From a virus, in IMG/VR virus record IMGVR_UViG_3300017971_007887, positions 7,523-71,522 of that record: a stretch of DNA of 64,000 nt; one strand, written 5' to 3'. Shown here in pieces: positions 1 through 8,337 of the stretch. Within the stretch, counting starts at the first letter, position 1. Each line of letters opens with the position of its first letter. Below the pieces are notes generated by a model that did not search any database, had not been told where the DNA came from, and worked only from the letters and a program-made list of their open reading frames with translations. The position numbers and the translations under genes are program-made.

Positions 1-871
1 TGGCCCGGATAGCCCCCTTGAGCTTTTCCCCGTCCGCCGTGGCTATCACCCGGCGGTTGGTGTTGATCTTCATGCGCAGGTCCTGGATGTACTTCTGCTC
101 GTCCTCGGTGGGCAGGCGCATGCCTTTAGGGGGCGCCGGTCGCCGAAGCATCTCCACCAGACTCTGGTCCTTCTTCATGTCCAAGTCCCGCAGCTCCTGC
201 ACCTGCTGCTTGGACAGCTTGCCGGGCTGCACGATCAGGCTGCACTCGCAGTTGCTCAGACACCTGGTGGCACCCGCCCTGGGAGTGGTCGGCAGGTCGG
301 CCTTGGTATACGGGCTGTTGGAGGCCAGCACCAGGCAGTCAGGGCAGTGCTCCGCGTGGCCCAGCTTCCACACGAACTGGCTGTCCATCGGAGCCGCCTC
401 TACCCGAGCGTGGTCCCCTATCCCCTGCAGGGTCTGGGAATACATACCCACCCGCTGCTGCCTGGGCATCCGCAGGGTGTCGTTGTCGATATCGGTGCCG
501 AACGCCCGGGCGTACTTCATCTCCTCGGCGGTGGCCCTCTTCAGGTACTCCAGGTCTCCCTCGTCCAGAGGGCGGCCCAGGTTGGCCTTGTACACCTGGG
601 TGAAGTTGGTCTGGATGGCGTCCTGCATCCTGGTGTCGTAGGTGGCCAGGTTGATCTTGCCCGACTGCAGGTCCCCGGTGATCCCATCCAGCTGCTTGAA
701 GTACCTGCCCTGCAGAGCGCTGGTATCCGCGGCCTCCATCCGGTAGGCTCGAACACCGGCCTGGTCGTCCACCCGAGCAATGGCCCGATCCACGGAGGCC
801 AACAGTGCCGCCAGCTCCATGTCCGTCATAGCCTCCAGGGACTCCCTGGTTATATCTTGGGCTGCCCCCAT
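1..871 (-). CDS. MuF-like head morphogenesis protein (runs off window start)
   Basis: Missing from the ORF track; translated by hand from ATG 871 (preceded by GAGGAGAGG): MGAAQDITRESLEAMTDMELAA...WKLGHAEHCPDC...PRAGATRCLSNCECSL. Cys pattern is typical of MuF/gp7; lies just downstream of the portal. Confidence 0.7.
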   Translation of the reverse strand, partial: MGAAQDITRESLEAMTDMELAALLASVDRAIARVDDQAGVRAYRMEAADTSALQGRYFKQLDGITGDLQSGKINLATYDTRMQDAIQTNFTQVYKANLGRPLDEGDLEYLKRATAEEMKYARAFGTDIDNDTLRMPRQQRVGMYSQTLQGIGDHARVEAAPMDSQFVWKLGHAEHCPDCLVLASNSPYTKADLPTTPRAGATRCLSNCECSLIVQPGKLSKQQVQELRDLDMKKDQSLVEMLRRPAPPKGMRLPTEDEQKYIQDLRMKINTNRRVIATADGEKLKGAIRA

Positions 872-1125
872 CCTCTCCTCTTCCAGACCCGGACGAACTC
901 CACCCGGACCGCGCGCGCGTTGCCGCTATTGGCGTCTATCATCAGCACCGACGGGATCGCCATCAGGCAGGACCTGTCAGTCTCGTGCATCAGCCCGCAG
1001 GTGAACACCCCGTCCTCCTTGTCCCCTGCCACCACCGGGCTGGAACCCCGCCGCTCGCAGTGCAGGTCACACTCGCTGCACACCACCGGCGTGTGCTGGT
1101 TGTCGATCCTCTGTTCCTCACTCAT
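850..1125 (-). CDS. small Cys-rich hypothetical protein
   Basis: MSEEQRID start overlaps the upstream stop (ATGA); CxxCxxxC motif. Confidence 0.55.
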   Translation of the reverse strand: MSEEQRIDNQHTPVVCSECDLHCERRGSSPVVAGDKEDGVFTCGLMHETDRSCLMAIPSVLMIDANSGNARAVRVEFVRVWKRRGWGQPKI

Positions 1126-1733
1126 CGCTGCCTCCCGATTGTCTTCCCGCTGCCGTACCGCTTCAGCTTCAGGTCGGTGGACCAGTAGGCCCATCCAAGA
1201 CTGATCCTATCGTCCAGCACGTCCCTGACCACGTCCTCCAGGGTGTCGAACGGCCCAAACATGGCACCGTTCGCCCAGTTGCTCATGTGCATCCACCGGC
1301 TGCGGCTGCTGCCCTCCTGGAACACCCGGAGCACGCACACGTTGTGGCCCCCTATCCCGTCACGGCCAATCCACGGTACCGACAGCAGGCCCACCTCCAC
1401 CACGTCGTCAACCGCCCCGCTGTCACTCATGTTCTTTATGGCCTGGGCGGCCACCAGGCTGATATCATCGCAGTCGCCCGCCTTCCTACCGGCCTGGTGC
1501 CTGGTGTACGTGGCCACCGGATGGCTAATCGCATCCCACAACATCAGCCATGTGTCCCGACGCCAGCGCATGGCACCCACCATCTCCTTGACCTGGTCCA
1601 TGGAACTGAACGGGGGAAGGCGCTTGTCCAGGTGCCTGTGTTCCGCCAGGAACCGGTACACCCTGCTCCAGAAGGGGTACAGGCAGCCCCTCAGGGCCAG
1701 CCAGGTAAGCGCACGCATTACGGTCTTCTTCAC
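1122..1733 (-). CDS. transglutaminase-like / papain-fold cysteine enzyme
   Basis: GDCDD catalytic-Cys motif and downstream GGHNVC His motif. Confidence 0.6.
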   Translation of the reverse strand: MKKTVMRALTWLALRGCLYPFWSRVYRFLAEHRHLDKRLPPFSSMDQVKEMVGAMRWRRDTWLMLWDAISHPVATYTRHQAGRKAGDCDDISLVAAQAIKNMSDSGAVDDVVEVGLLSVPWIGRDGIGGHNVCVLRVFQEGSSRSRWMHMSNWANGAMFGPFDTLEDVVRDVLDDRISLGWAYWSTDLKLKRYGSGKTIGRQR

Positions 1734-1737
1734 CGGC

Positions 1738-3417
1738 TCACCCCGCGTCGCGGTACGGCTTGTTGAGCCGCTCGCTCTGAACCACCATGATCATGTCCCT
1801 GATGTTGCTCAGCTCGTTGGCCAGCTCCATGTCCCGAAGCGCGTGCTCCCTGGTGAACGGCTGACCCCCTGGTAGTTGAGGGGCAACCTGGGCAGGCTCG
1901 GGTTCGGCCCGGATAGCCACAAGGATCTCCTCGATCTCGTCCTCCGGGATCTTGATGATGTTCTGCAACAGCCACCTGGTGGGCATCCGCAGGGCCGTCT
2001 TGGCCTGCCCTGCGATCTGCCACTTCAAGGCCTCCACCGTCATCTTCATCTGCTCATCCACGAAGCTGATGGGCGGATAGATCACCTCGTACAGGCCCTT
2101 GACCGGGGGGATTGCCATCATGGTCAATTGGAAGTCGTACACGCTCCGCTGGAACGCGGCCATCTCCCGCTGGATCTTCCTGAGCATCCGGGCGAACTCG
2201 ATGTCCTGCCAGGACAAGGTGGCCTTGGCGTTCACGTCCCGTTCCACCCCCAAGTAGCTCTTGGGCACCCCGGTGGCCATGAAGATCTTGTTCTGGAAGT
2301 GCTCCACGTCCCGCAATTCCCCCAGGACCCCGGAGGCGGACAGGCGCTCCACCTTTGCCCCCTGCCCTTCAGGAGGCACGGTTATGTAGAAGTCGTTACC
2401 ATCGGGAAGAGGCCTGGACCGGCTGTCGATCTGTCCGGTGCTGCTGTCCATCACATTGCGGCGCTTCAGGTTCCTCTTGGCCTCCAGGATCAGGTTCTTG
2501 AGCTTGGCAGGAGAGGCGTTCCTGGGGGCCGGAATGCTGAACACCAGGTGGTCATCCGCCCGGTTGACTCGAGTCATCAGGACCCCGTCCTCCATAGTGC
2601 GCAGGTACCTCCACGGCTTCCTGGCGTTGAAGTAGAAGGACCGCCCATACTGGCACCCCCGTTTGTGGTTGTGCCGCAGGTGCCGCACCTGCCAGAACTT
2701 GAAGTGGATCTCCTGGTGGCTCCCTTCCCGCTTCATGGTGAACGCCTCTTCCGCCTTGAGCCGACCGAACTCGTCCTCGTTGCGGTACATGTGCTTTTGA
2801 TTGAGCCACTTGAGCCTGGTGATCAGGAACCGGTTGTCGACCACCACCTCCTCGAAGTCGTCCCCATAATGCAGCATGCCGTCGCAGATCCCGGGGATCT
2901 CGTTCTGCATGTTGGTCCGCTCGTCCACCCCTTCCAGAGCCGCCAGCACCCTGGGCACCTTACTGGCCAGCTTGTAGCTCTCCTCGTCTCCGTCCCGGCT
3001 GCTGAACACGTTGGACACCGTCACTTCCCGGGCCCTGGCCAGCTCCACACACTCGGCATCGATGTACTCGTAGTCCTGGTACCTGGCCATCCGGGTGTTG
3101 TCGATCTTCAGCTGGTCGTAGTACTCATCGCTGCGGATTCCGCCCTGGCTGCTGCCGGTGGCCCCGCCGACCTCCGAGGTACCCTCGTCGTCCGCCTGGT
3201 CGGTAACGTGTCTGCTCATCGGCCGGACGAAGGAGGCGATCCTCTGGATCAGGTTCTGCTTCCTGCGAATATCCCGGTCACTCAGCATCTCCCGCAGGTC
3301 CTCCATTCGGACCAGCGCCCGCTCCTCCTCGCTCCGGGTCTCGGGATTCACGTAGGTGTCCACCGGGTACTTCTGCCGGACTTCCCTCTCGGTAACAACG
3401 GGGCGCTTCTTGGCCAT
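1738..3417 (-). CDS. portal protein, T4 gp20-like
   Basis: 559 aa; DVEHFQNKIFMATGVPKSYLG and LSWQDIEFARMLRKIQ resemble the gp20-type C-terminal core; sits between TerL and MuF. Confidence 0.85.
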   Translation of the reverse strand: MAKKRPVVTEREVRQKYPVDTYVNPETRSEEERALVRMEDLREMLSDRDIRRKQNLIQRIASFVRPMSRHVTDQADDEGTSEVGGATGSSQGGIRSDEYYDQLKIDNTRMARYQDYEYIDAECVELARAREVTVSNVFSSRDGDEESYKLASKVPRVLAALEGVDERTNMQNEIPGICDGMLHYGDDFEEVVVDNRFLITRLKWLNQKHMYRNEDEFGRLKAEEAFTMKREGSHQEIHFKFWQVRHLRHNHKRGCQYGRSFYFNARKPWRYLRTMEDGVLMTRVNRADDHLVFSIPAPRNASPAKLKNLILEAKRNLKRRNVMDSSTGQIDSRSRPLPDGNDFYITVPPEGQGAKVERLSASGVLGELRDVEHFQNKIFMATGVPKSYLGVERDVNAKATLSWQDIEFARMLRKIQREMAAFQRSVYDFQLTMMAIPPVKGLYEVIYPPISFVDEQMKMTVEALKWQIAGQAKTALRMPTRWLLQNIIKIPEDEIEEILVAIRAEPEPAQVAPQLPGGQPFTREHALRDMELANELSNIRDMIMVVQSERLNKPYRDAG

Positions 3418-3432
3418 GTCGGTTCGCTCCTT

Positions 3433-4032
3433 TTATGGGCTGATTATGCTTCCGCCTGGCTGCCCTGGTGCGGCCGGCTGTCCTAATCCCGCTCCCTGGG
3501 GCCTGACGCTACTCATCACCATGTGCCGGGTGACCGCCAGGATGTTGGCAGTGATCACGTTGAGCCACGCGTTGTGGAAGATGTACTCCAGCTGAGTGCC
3601 CCCGGGTAGTTCCTTCTTTTCGTCCAGCATGCGGCTACTCATGGACCCGTCCGGGTACACCGACAGCACGATCTCATACTTGGGCACCTGCCGGGCAGCG
3701 ACCGCCTTCTTCTCCTTGGCGGCCAGCTTGCGGCGGTTCCTGTGGCTCCGCTCCAGCAGGTTCCACGACCCCTTGCAGCACTGGCCGAACTTGTTGCCGC
3801 TGCCGCACCCGCACTTGCTGTTGTTGGTAAGACCGCCATAGATCCGCCGGAAGTTCTTGTAGTCGTTCTCGTGGATCACCTCGGTGCTCAGGGTCTCCAG
3901 CAGCCTGCCCAGGCTGCCGTCCTGGGCCCCATGACAATTCACGATCTCGTGCCCGTGCAGCTTGTCTGTTAAACACTGTTTAACATCTCCCTCTTGGTTC
4001 TGGTCTGCCTGGACCGTCTCCTGTTCGTTCAT
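3433..4032 (-). CDS. SEC-C-like zinc-motif protein
   Basis: NSKCGCGSGNKFGQCC matches the SEC-C pattern CPCGSGKKYKxCC. Confidence 0.65.
   Translation of the reverse strand: MNEQETVQADQNQEGDVKQCLTDKLHGHEIVNCHGAQDGSLGRLLETLSTEVIHENDYKNFRRIYGGLTNNSKCGCGSGNKFGQCCKGSWNLLERSHRNRRKLAAKEKKAVAARQVPKYEIVLSVYPDGSMSSRMLDEKKELPGGTQLEYIFHNAWLNVITANILAVTRHMVMSSVRPQGAGLGQPAAPGQPGGSIISP
3969..3983. promoter_or_regulatory. palindrome TTAAAC-N3-GTTTAA, copy 1
   Basis: TTAAACACTGTTTAA, extending to 19 bp (3967-3985); inside a CDS. Confidence 0.75.
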
Positions 4033-4351
4033 CTCTGCTCCTCCGTCAATAAAGGGGGTTGGTCGGACCTGCAAGACTGCTCGTCCGATTTGCAGGATTG
4101 CCGCAGTAGCTTGGTGCACTTACGACCGTCCCAAAAAACACAAGGACCCGGGGCCTGGTCGGCGTCCGGGTATACCATTCCGTCCCTAGCCCACGACCGG
4201 GCCTCGGGACACCACCTTGCTCCATTGGGCCTGCTCATTCCGATTCCTCCGGTAAATTGCGAAGCCAGGAGCGGCTAGAGGGGTTGGACCGCTCCTGGCT
4301 GCGCGACAACAGGAGTCGGCATGGCCAGGCAGTAACCATGCGGCTCACTAG

Positions 4352-4379
4352 GTCTGCGCCACTCTCTACCCGATGTTCG
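4352..4379 (-). repeat. 28-nt imperfect direct repeat, copy B (downstream of MTase)
   Basis: Minus strand CGAACATCGGGTAGAGAGTGGCGCAGAC; 22/28 identical to 5000-5027. Confidence 0.7.
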
Positions 4380-4382
4380 ATG

Positions 4383-4964
4383 TCACTTCTTGCGCAGTAG
4401 GTGGGCCCGGTGTTTGAGCCCGTTGCACGTGAATTCCACCGTGTCAACTCGCTCCAGTAGGTCCCCCTCCAGGCGGCTTATCCACGGGTCGGTCACACAA
4501 CCCTCGCTCACGAACGAGGTGACCACCAGACCGCCCTTCTTTAGCAGCCGGTCCACCGTAACCATGAACTGGTCCCACCTGGAATCGAAGTAGGGAAGCA
4601 CCGCGGTCAAGACCAGGCAGTCGAACTTCCTGGTCCTCAACTGCAGGAAGTCCACTTGGCGGAACTCCAGCATCTCATCCAGGTCGCTGTAAGCCACCTT
4701 GGCCCGGGCAATGGCGGTCTGAGAAACGTCGATCCCCACAGTGTGCTCGGCAGCGTCGCTAAGCACGTGAGTCAGGTAGCCCTCACCACATCCCACGTCG
4801 AGCAGGCGCCTGGCCAGCCCGAACTTGGTATGGCGGGATACCAGAGCGGTGTACTGCTCTGCTCTGGCCACATGATCGTCCGTCTGGTACTTGAAGGGAT
4901 CGGGGCCGGACTGGAAGAACTCCTCCATGGCCTCCGGGGAATGGTTCTTTGGCAGGTTGCCCAT
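4383..4964 (-). CDS. class I SAM-dependent methyltransferase (NodS-like)
   Basis: LLDVGCGEG motif I, GIDVS motif II, LLKKGGLVV. Confidence 0.85.
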   Translation of the reverse strand: MGNLPKNHSPEAMEEFFQSGPDPFKYQTDDHVARAEQYTALVSRHTKFGLARRLLDVGCGEGYLTHVLSDAAEHTVGIDVSQTAIARAKVAYSDLDEMLEFRQVDFLQLRTRKFDCLVLTAVLPYFDSRWDQFMVTVDRLLKKGGLVVTSFVSEGCVTDPWISRLEGDLLERVDTVEFTCNGLKHRAHLLRKK

Positions 4965-4999
4965 CGAGCGCCTCCTTGCAGGTTCGTTTGTACCTGCAA

Positions 5000-5027
5000 G
5001 TCAGCGCCGTGCTCTACCTCATGTTCG
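5000..5027 (-). repeat. 28-nt imperfect direct repeat, copy A (upstream of MTase)
   Basis: Minus strand CGAACATGAGGTAGAGCACGGCGCTGAC, followed by hairpin TTGCAGGT-N8-ACCTGCAA and the SD. Confidence 0.7.
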
Positions 5028-5754
5028 TTATATACTCCGTCTTGTACGTGCCATTGGTTCTCCCTTTAGGCAGTCTTTTCACTAGGCCGGCCCTGAAGGT
5101 CATTATTAAGGAGGCGCGCGATCTGATATTCCCTACAGACACAAATTCCAGTGGGCTCTTCATACCACCACGCATTTTGCTTGGGCAGCCGGTGTGGCTT
5201 GGTTTTTAGGTGTTTATTAGCCATTACTTAGTCTCCTTTGGTCTTTCTCCTGAGTTTGCGCTTTCTGTATGGCAACTGGTCTTGCACCTCTCGCAAGACA
5301 GACATTGCGTCTTGCAGCTTTCTCTTGTCGGAGGGGTCAAGCCCCCAGTTTTCAGCCAATCGCCAAAGCGTTGTTCGGGCCTGTATCGCCTGAACCTGAG
5401 TGGGGGGCGTGTTGCTCATGTCTATTTCTCCTTCGGTGGGCATGGGCTCGCATTGTGTACAGAATTGGTTTCTTCCTGTGGGGGTTGGGGTTTGTCTGGC
5501 ACCATGCCGATCCCGTTTTTCCTCAATGGTCATCGCAGGAGCCCCGCAACTGCAACATGCATCTCCATCGTACCAACAGTCACAATGTCTTCCGTCTCTG
5601 CGCTCCTGGCATGCTTCGCCTGGAAGAACTTCGCAAACAGAATCTAATGCCTCTTTGATGTACTGCGGATTGAATCCTTCTGCGTTTATGACTACCCAGA
5701 GGCACTGTCTGGCCTTGTCTAGCGCTTTCCTCTGTTTCTCACAGTTTTCACAAC

Positions 5755-6819
5755 TCATTTGCTTTCTCCCTCTGGCTTCTGGCATTCGGGGCAATCAAAA
5801 TCCGCATCACTCAGGGGAACCTTGTGGTGACACCAATTGACCTTACCCGTACCCCCGCATGTCTTGCATGGGGGTTGGTCTTGGGGTTGGTCTTGGGGTT
5901 GGTCTTGGGGCTGGAGGGCTTGCTTGGCCTGGGGCAGCACCGTATCCACCAAGCTCCACCATTGCGCTTCAAGGTTGGCACCCCTCTTGATGTATTCCTC
6001 GCGCTTCATAATCTCAGCTATCAAACTAATCAATGCCTCCCGGGTCTTGCAGTTCATGACCCCTCCCCGTTTACCCTCAAGTTTTTCGCAACTGTGACAT
6101 GCCTCCAGCACCTTACGGTATCTGTCTAGTTGAAACTTCATTCTCCGTACATCGTCATAGCTCGCAGAGTACCCGTAGTCTCCCGGCTTGATTTCGTCTC
6201 CCGAATACCCCAGGGCCGCTACCCCACATCCCGCAAGCCTGACACGCTCTTGCTCTAGCTCTTTCTCAGTGGAGTGGAGTTTGGCTTCTGCTGTGTACTT
6301 TGCCGCGAGTGCGTTCAATCTCTGCTCGTTCGTTTCCTTCCATATTCTGGTGTCCATCACCTTGGCCTCACCAGCCATCACCCTGTTGAGCAAGGCCAAC
6401 TCTGCCAGGTCCTCTTTCGCCTGCGGTAAATGCTCGGCCAGCTTATCCAGGTTCGGTGTTTCCCTTGTGACCTCCAACTCCCCCTGTAGCCTTTCTACCT
6501 CTGCCTTGAGTCCCTCGATGGTTTCCTTGACAGGCCGCGCCCCATTCCAGTCGGCCTTCCCGGTGCCAGATGCCTGCAAGCACTCGTTGACAGTCGCTCG
6601 CTGCGACCGGGCTTCTGTGGCATGCGTTTGCGCCTCCAGCTTGAGTCGATCAACCAGCGCCCCTAGCCTTTCTACCTCTGCTAATAGGGCGGGGATGTCG
6701 GTGCGAGCGTGGGCTATGAATTCGGCATCCGCAATATCTGTCGCCTCTTCCCACCACCACGGTCCCGGCGTTGCCGCTTCCGCCCTTGCTCGGATCTCTT
6801 CTATTTCTTGGGGGGTCAT
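5755..6819 (-). CDS. Ead/Ea22-like mosaic coiled-coil protein
   Basis: RARAEAATPGPW...ADAEFIAHARTDIPALLAEVERL N-terminus; C-terminal CxxCxGxG. Confidence 0.6.
   Translation of the reverse strand: MTPQEIEEIRARAEAATPGPWWWEEATDIADAEFIAHARTDIPALLAEVERLGALVDRLKLEAQTHATEARSQRATVNECLQASGTGKADWNGARPVKETIEGLKAEVERLQGELEVTRETPNLDKLAEHLPQAKEDLAELALLNRVMAGEAKVMDTRIWKETNEQRLNALAAKYTAEAKLHSTEKELEQERVRLAGCGVAALGYSGDEIKPGDYGYSASYDDVRRMKFQLDRYRKVLEACHSCEKLEGKRGGVMNCKTREALISLIAEIMKREEYIKRGANLEAQWWSLVDTVLPQAKQALQPQDQPQDQPQDQPPCKTCGGTGKVNWCHHKVPLSDADFDCPECQKPEGESK
5871..5910. repeat. 12-bp tandem repeat (x3.3) encoding QPQD
   Basis: ggggttggtctt x3 plus gggg. Confidence 0.9.
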
Positions 6820-8337
6820 TTCAATATTCCCTTTTGGCAATTCTGGCGAATATGTGCCCATTTGCTGCCATCTCATCTTTGCAGTCATCACACCAGCACA
6901 AGGGGCAGTCGTCACACATCGGAACAAACTCCGCCATCAACGTATCGTTCCACCAGAAGCCGCAATCATGTTCTGTGCCTGCGTCTGTTTCTGTCACTTT
7001 TAGATGTCTGCAGGTCTGGGCCGGTTTGTCTCCACAACGGCCACACATTCGTACCGATTTTTTGGGGGTCATGATTCCTCCCTGGGTAGGGCTTGGGCTA
7101 GCTGGCAGTCAGGAGTGTGCTTCCCCCCTCGCTCAAGAAACCCGCACGCTGGGCATTTCCCATAATCACGTTCCACAGTAAGTGCTGTCATGTCTGTACC
7201 ACCCCAGCCACCAGCCCACTCCACCTCTTCCAACGCATCCCATGCAGACAAGAGGGCGTCGCAAATATCGGGAAAATTCGTTCTGTCGTGACCCCACCCC
7301 TTGAGATCTACCCTTGCGGGCTTTTACCTCTTTCCTTGTTAGCTTCATGATATCTTCTCTGGATGCAGGTAGGAATCTCGCTCAAACTCACTCACCACCC
7401 ATTCATATATTTTGACCGCCATGGCTTCGGCTCTTGCCAGTGTGGTCGAATCCGGCAGAATCGCCCAGAGCAGGTTATTGATCTGCTGCTTGGTGTCCTC
7501 CTGTATTTTGGTCTGCATGTCCTGCTCAAGAAATTCATCAAACGTCTGGTTACTGTCTGCCTTCATGATTCCTCCGGGTACTTCTTGCCGGTTCCTTGGC
7601 AGGTTGGGCATGGCCTGAAAATATATTCCGACTTCCCGCCCGAGCTACAGGTCGCCCAACCGTAGCCATCCTCTTTGTGCAAGCAATCCTTCTTGGCAAA
7701 GAGTTCACAGCGAGGCACCCCGGTTTGGGGATCCTCGTAGCATGGGTGTCGATGCTCAGATTTTATTCCATCGCCGCCCACACCACAGCATATGGAGCAG
7801 GGCACCTCCCCCTTGACCCTTGCGAGTTCTGATCGGAGCTTGTCTATTTCGTTGTTGCGAATCTCCAGTGCATCCCATAACTCCTTGACGGCAACCTCTT
7901 GTTGGCTTGCATATATTCCAGATGCAAATTTCTGATAATCCATTTCTCTATACGCATCCCTCAGTACCCGGAAGGCTCTGCGCTCTTTGCACTCCAGGCT
8001 AGATGCCGGTCTTGACTCAAACCAACGCGTTTTGCACCTGCGTTCACTCCGATCCCACCACGGGCAATCACCGCATGTCTTGGTTGCCATCTAGTCCTCG
8101 CTGTCTGCATTCTGTGATTCGTATTCATTACGAAGCACATCGTAGATTTCACACGCGATTCTTTCTGCCCGGCCAAGCGTAGTAGTGGCTGGTAGACACA
8201 CCCAAACAAGCTCGTTGATCTTCTCTTTGGTGTAGTCTGGCATGTTGTAATGACAGTCTGTGCTCTGTAGCATTTGAACATCTCTTGAATCTTTCATCCC
8301 TCAACCCTCCTGAAAAGAGATCACCCACACCCAGGGG

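Larger units (their letters stand above)
5066..8297 (-). other. lower-GC block of small accessory ORFs between TerL and the MTase
   Basis: Tightly packed ORFs (5066-5224, 5228-5761, 5755-6819, 6821-7072, 7069-7348, 7345-7566, 7563-8090, 8091-8297), many Cys-rich, several with ATGA overlaps; visibly more AT-rich than core genes. Confidence 0.7.

Noticed and set aside
4975-5027. GGTAGAGCAC as a tRNA D-arm, or a lysine/SAH/SAM-II riboswitch
   Set aside because: Only 5-10 nt resemblances; the required partner helices are absent.
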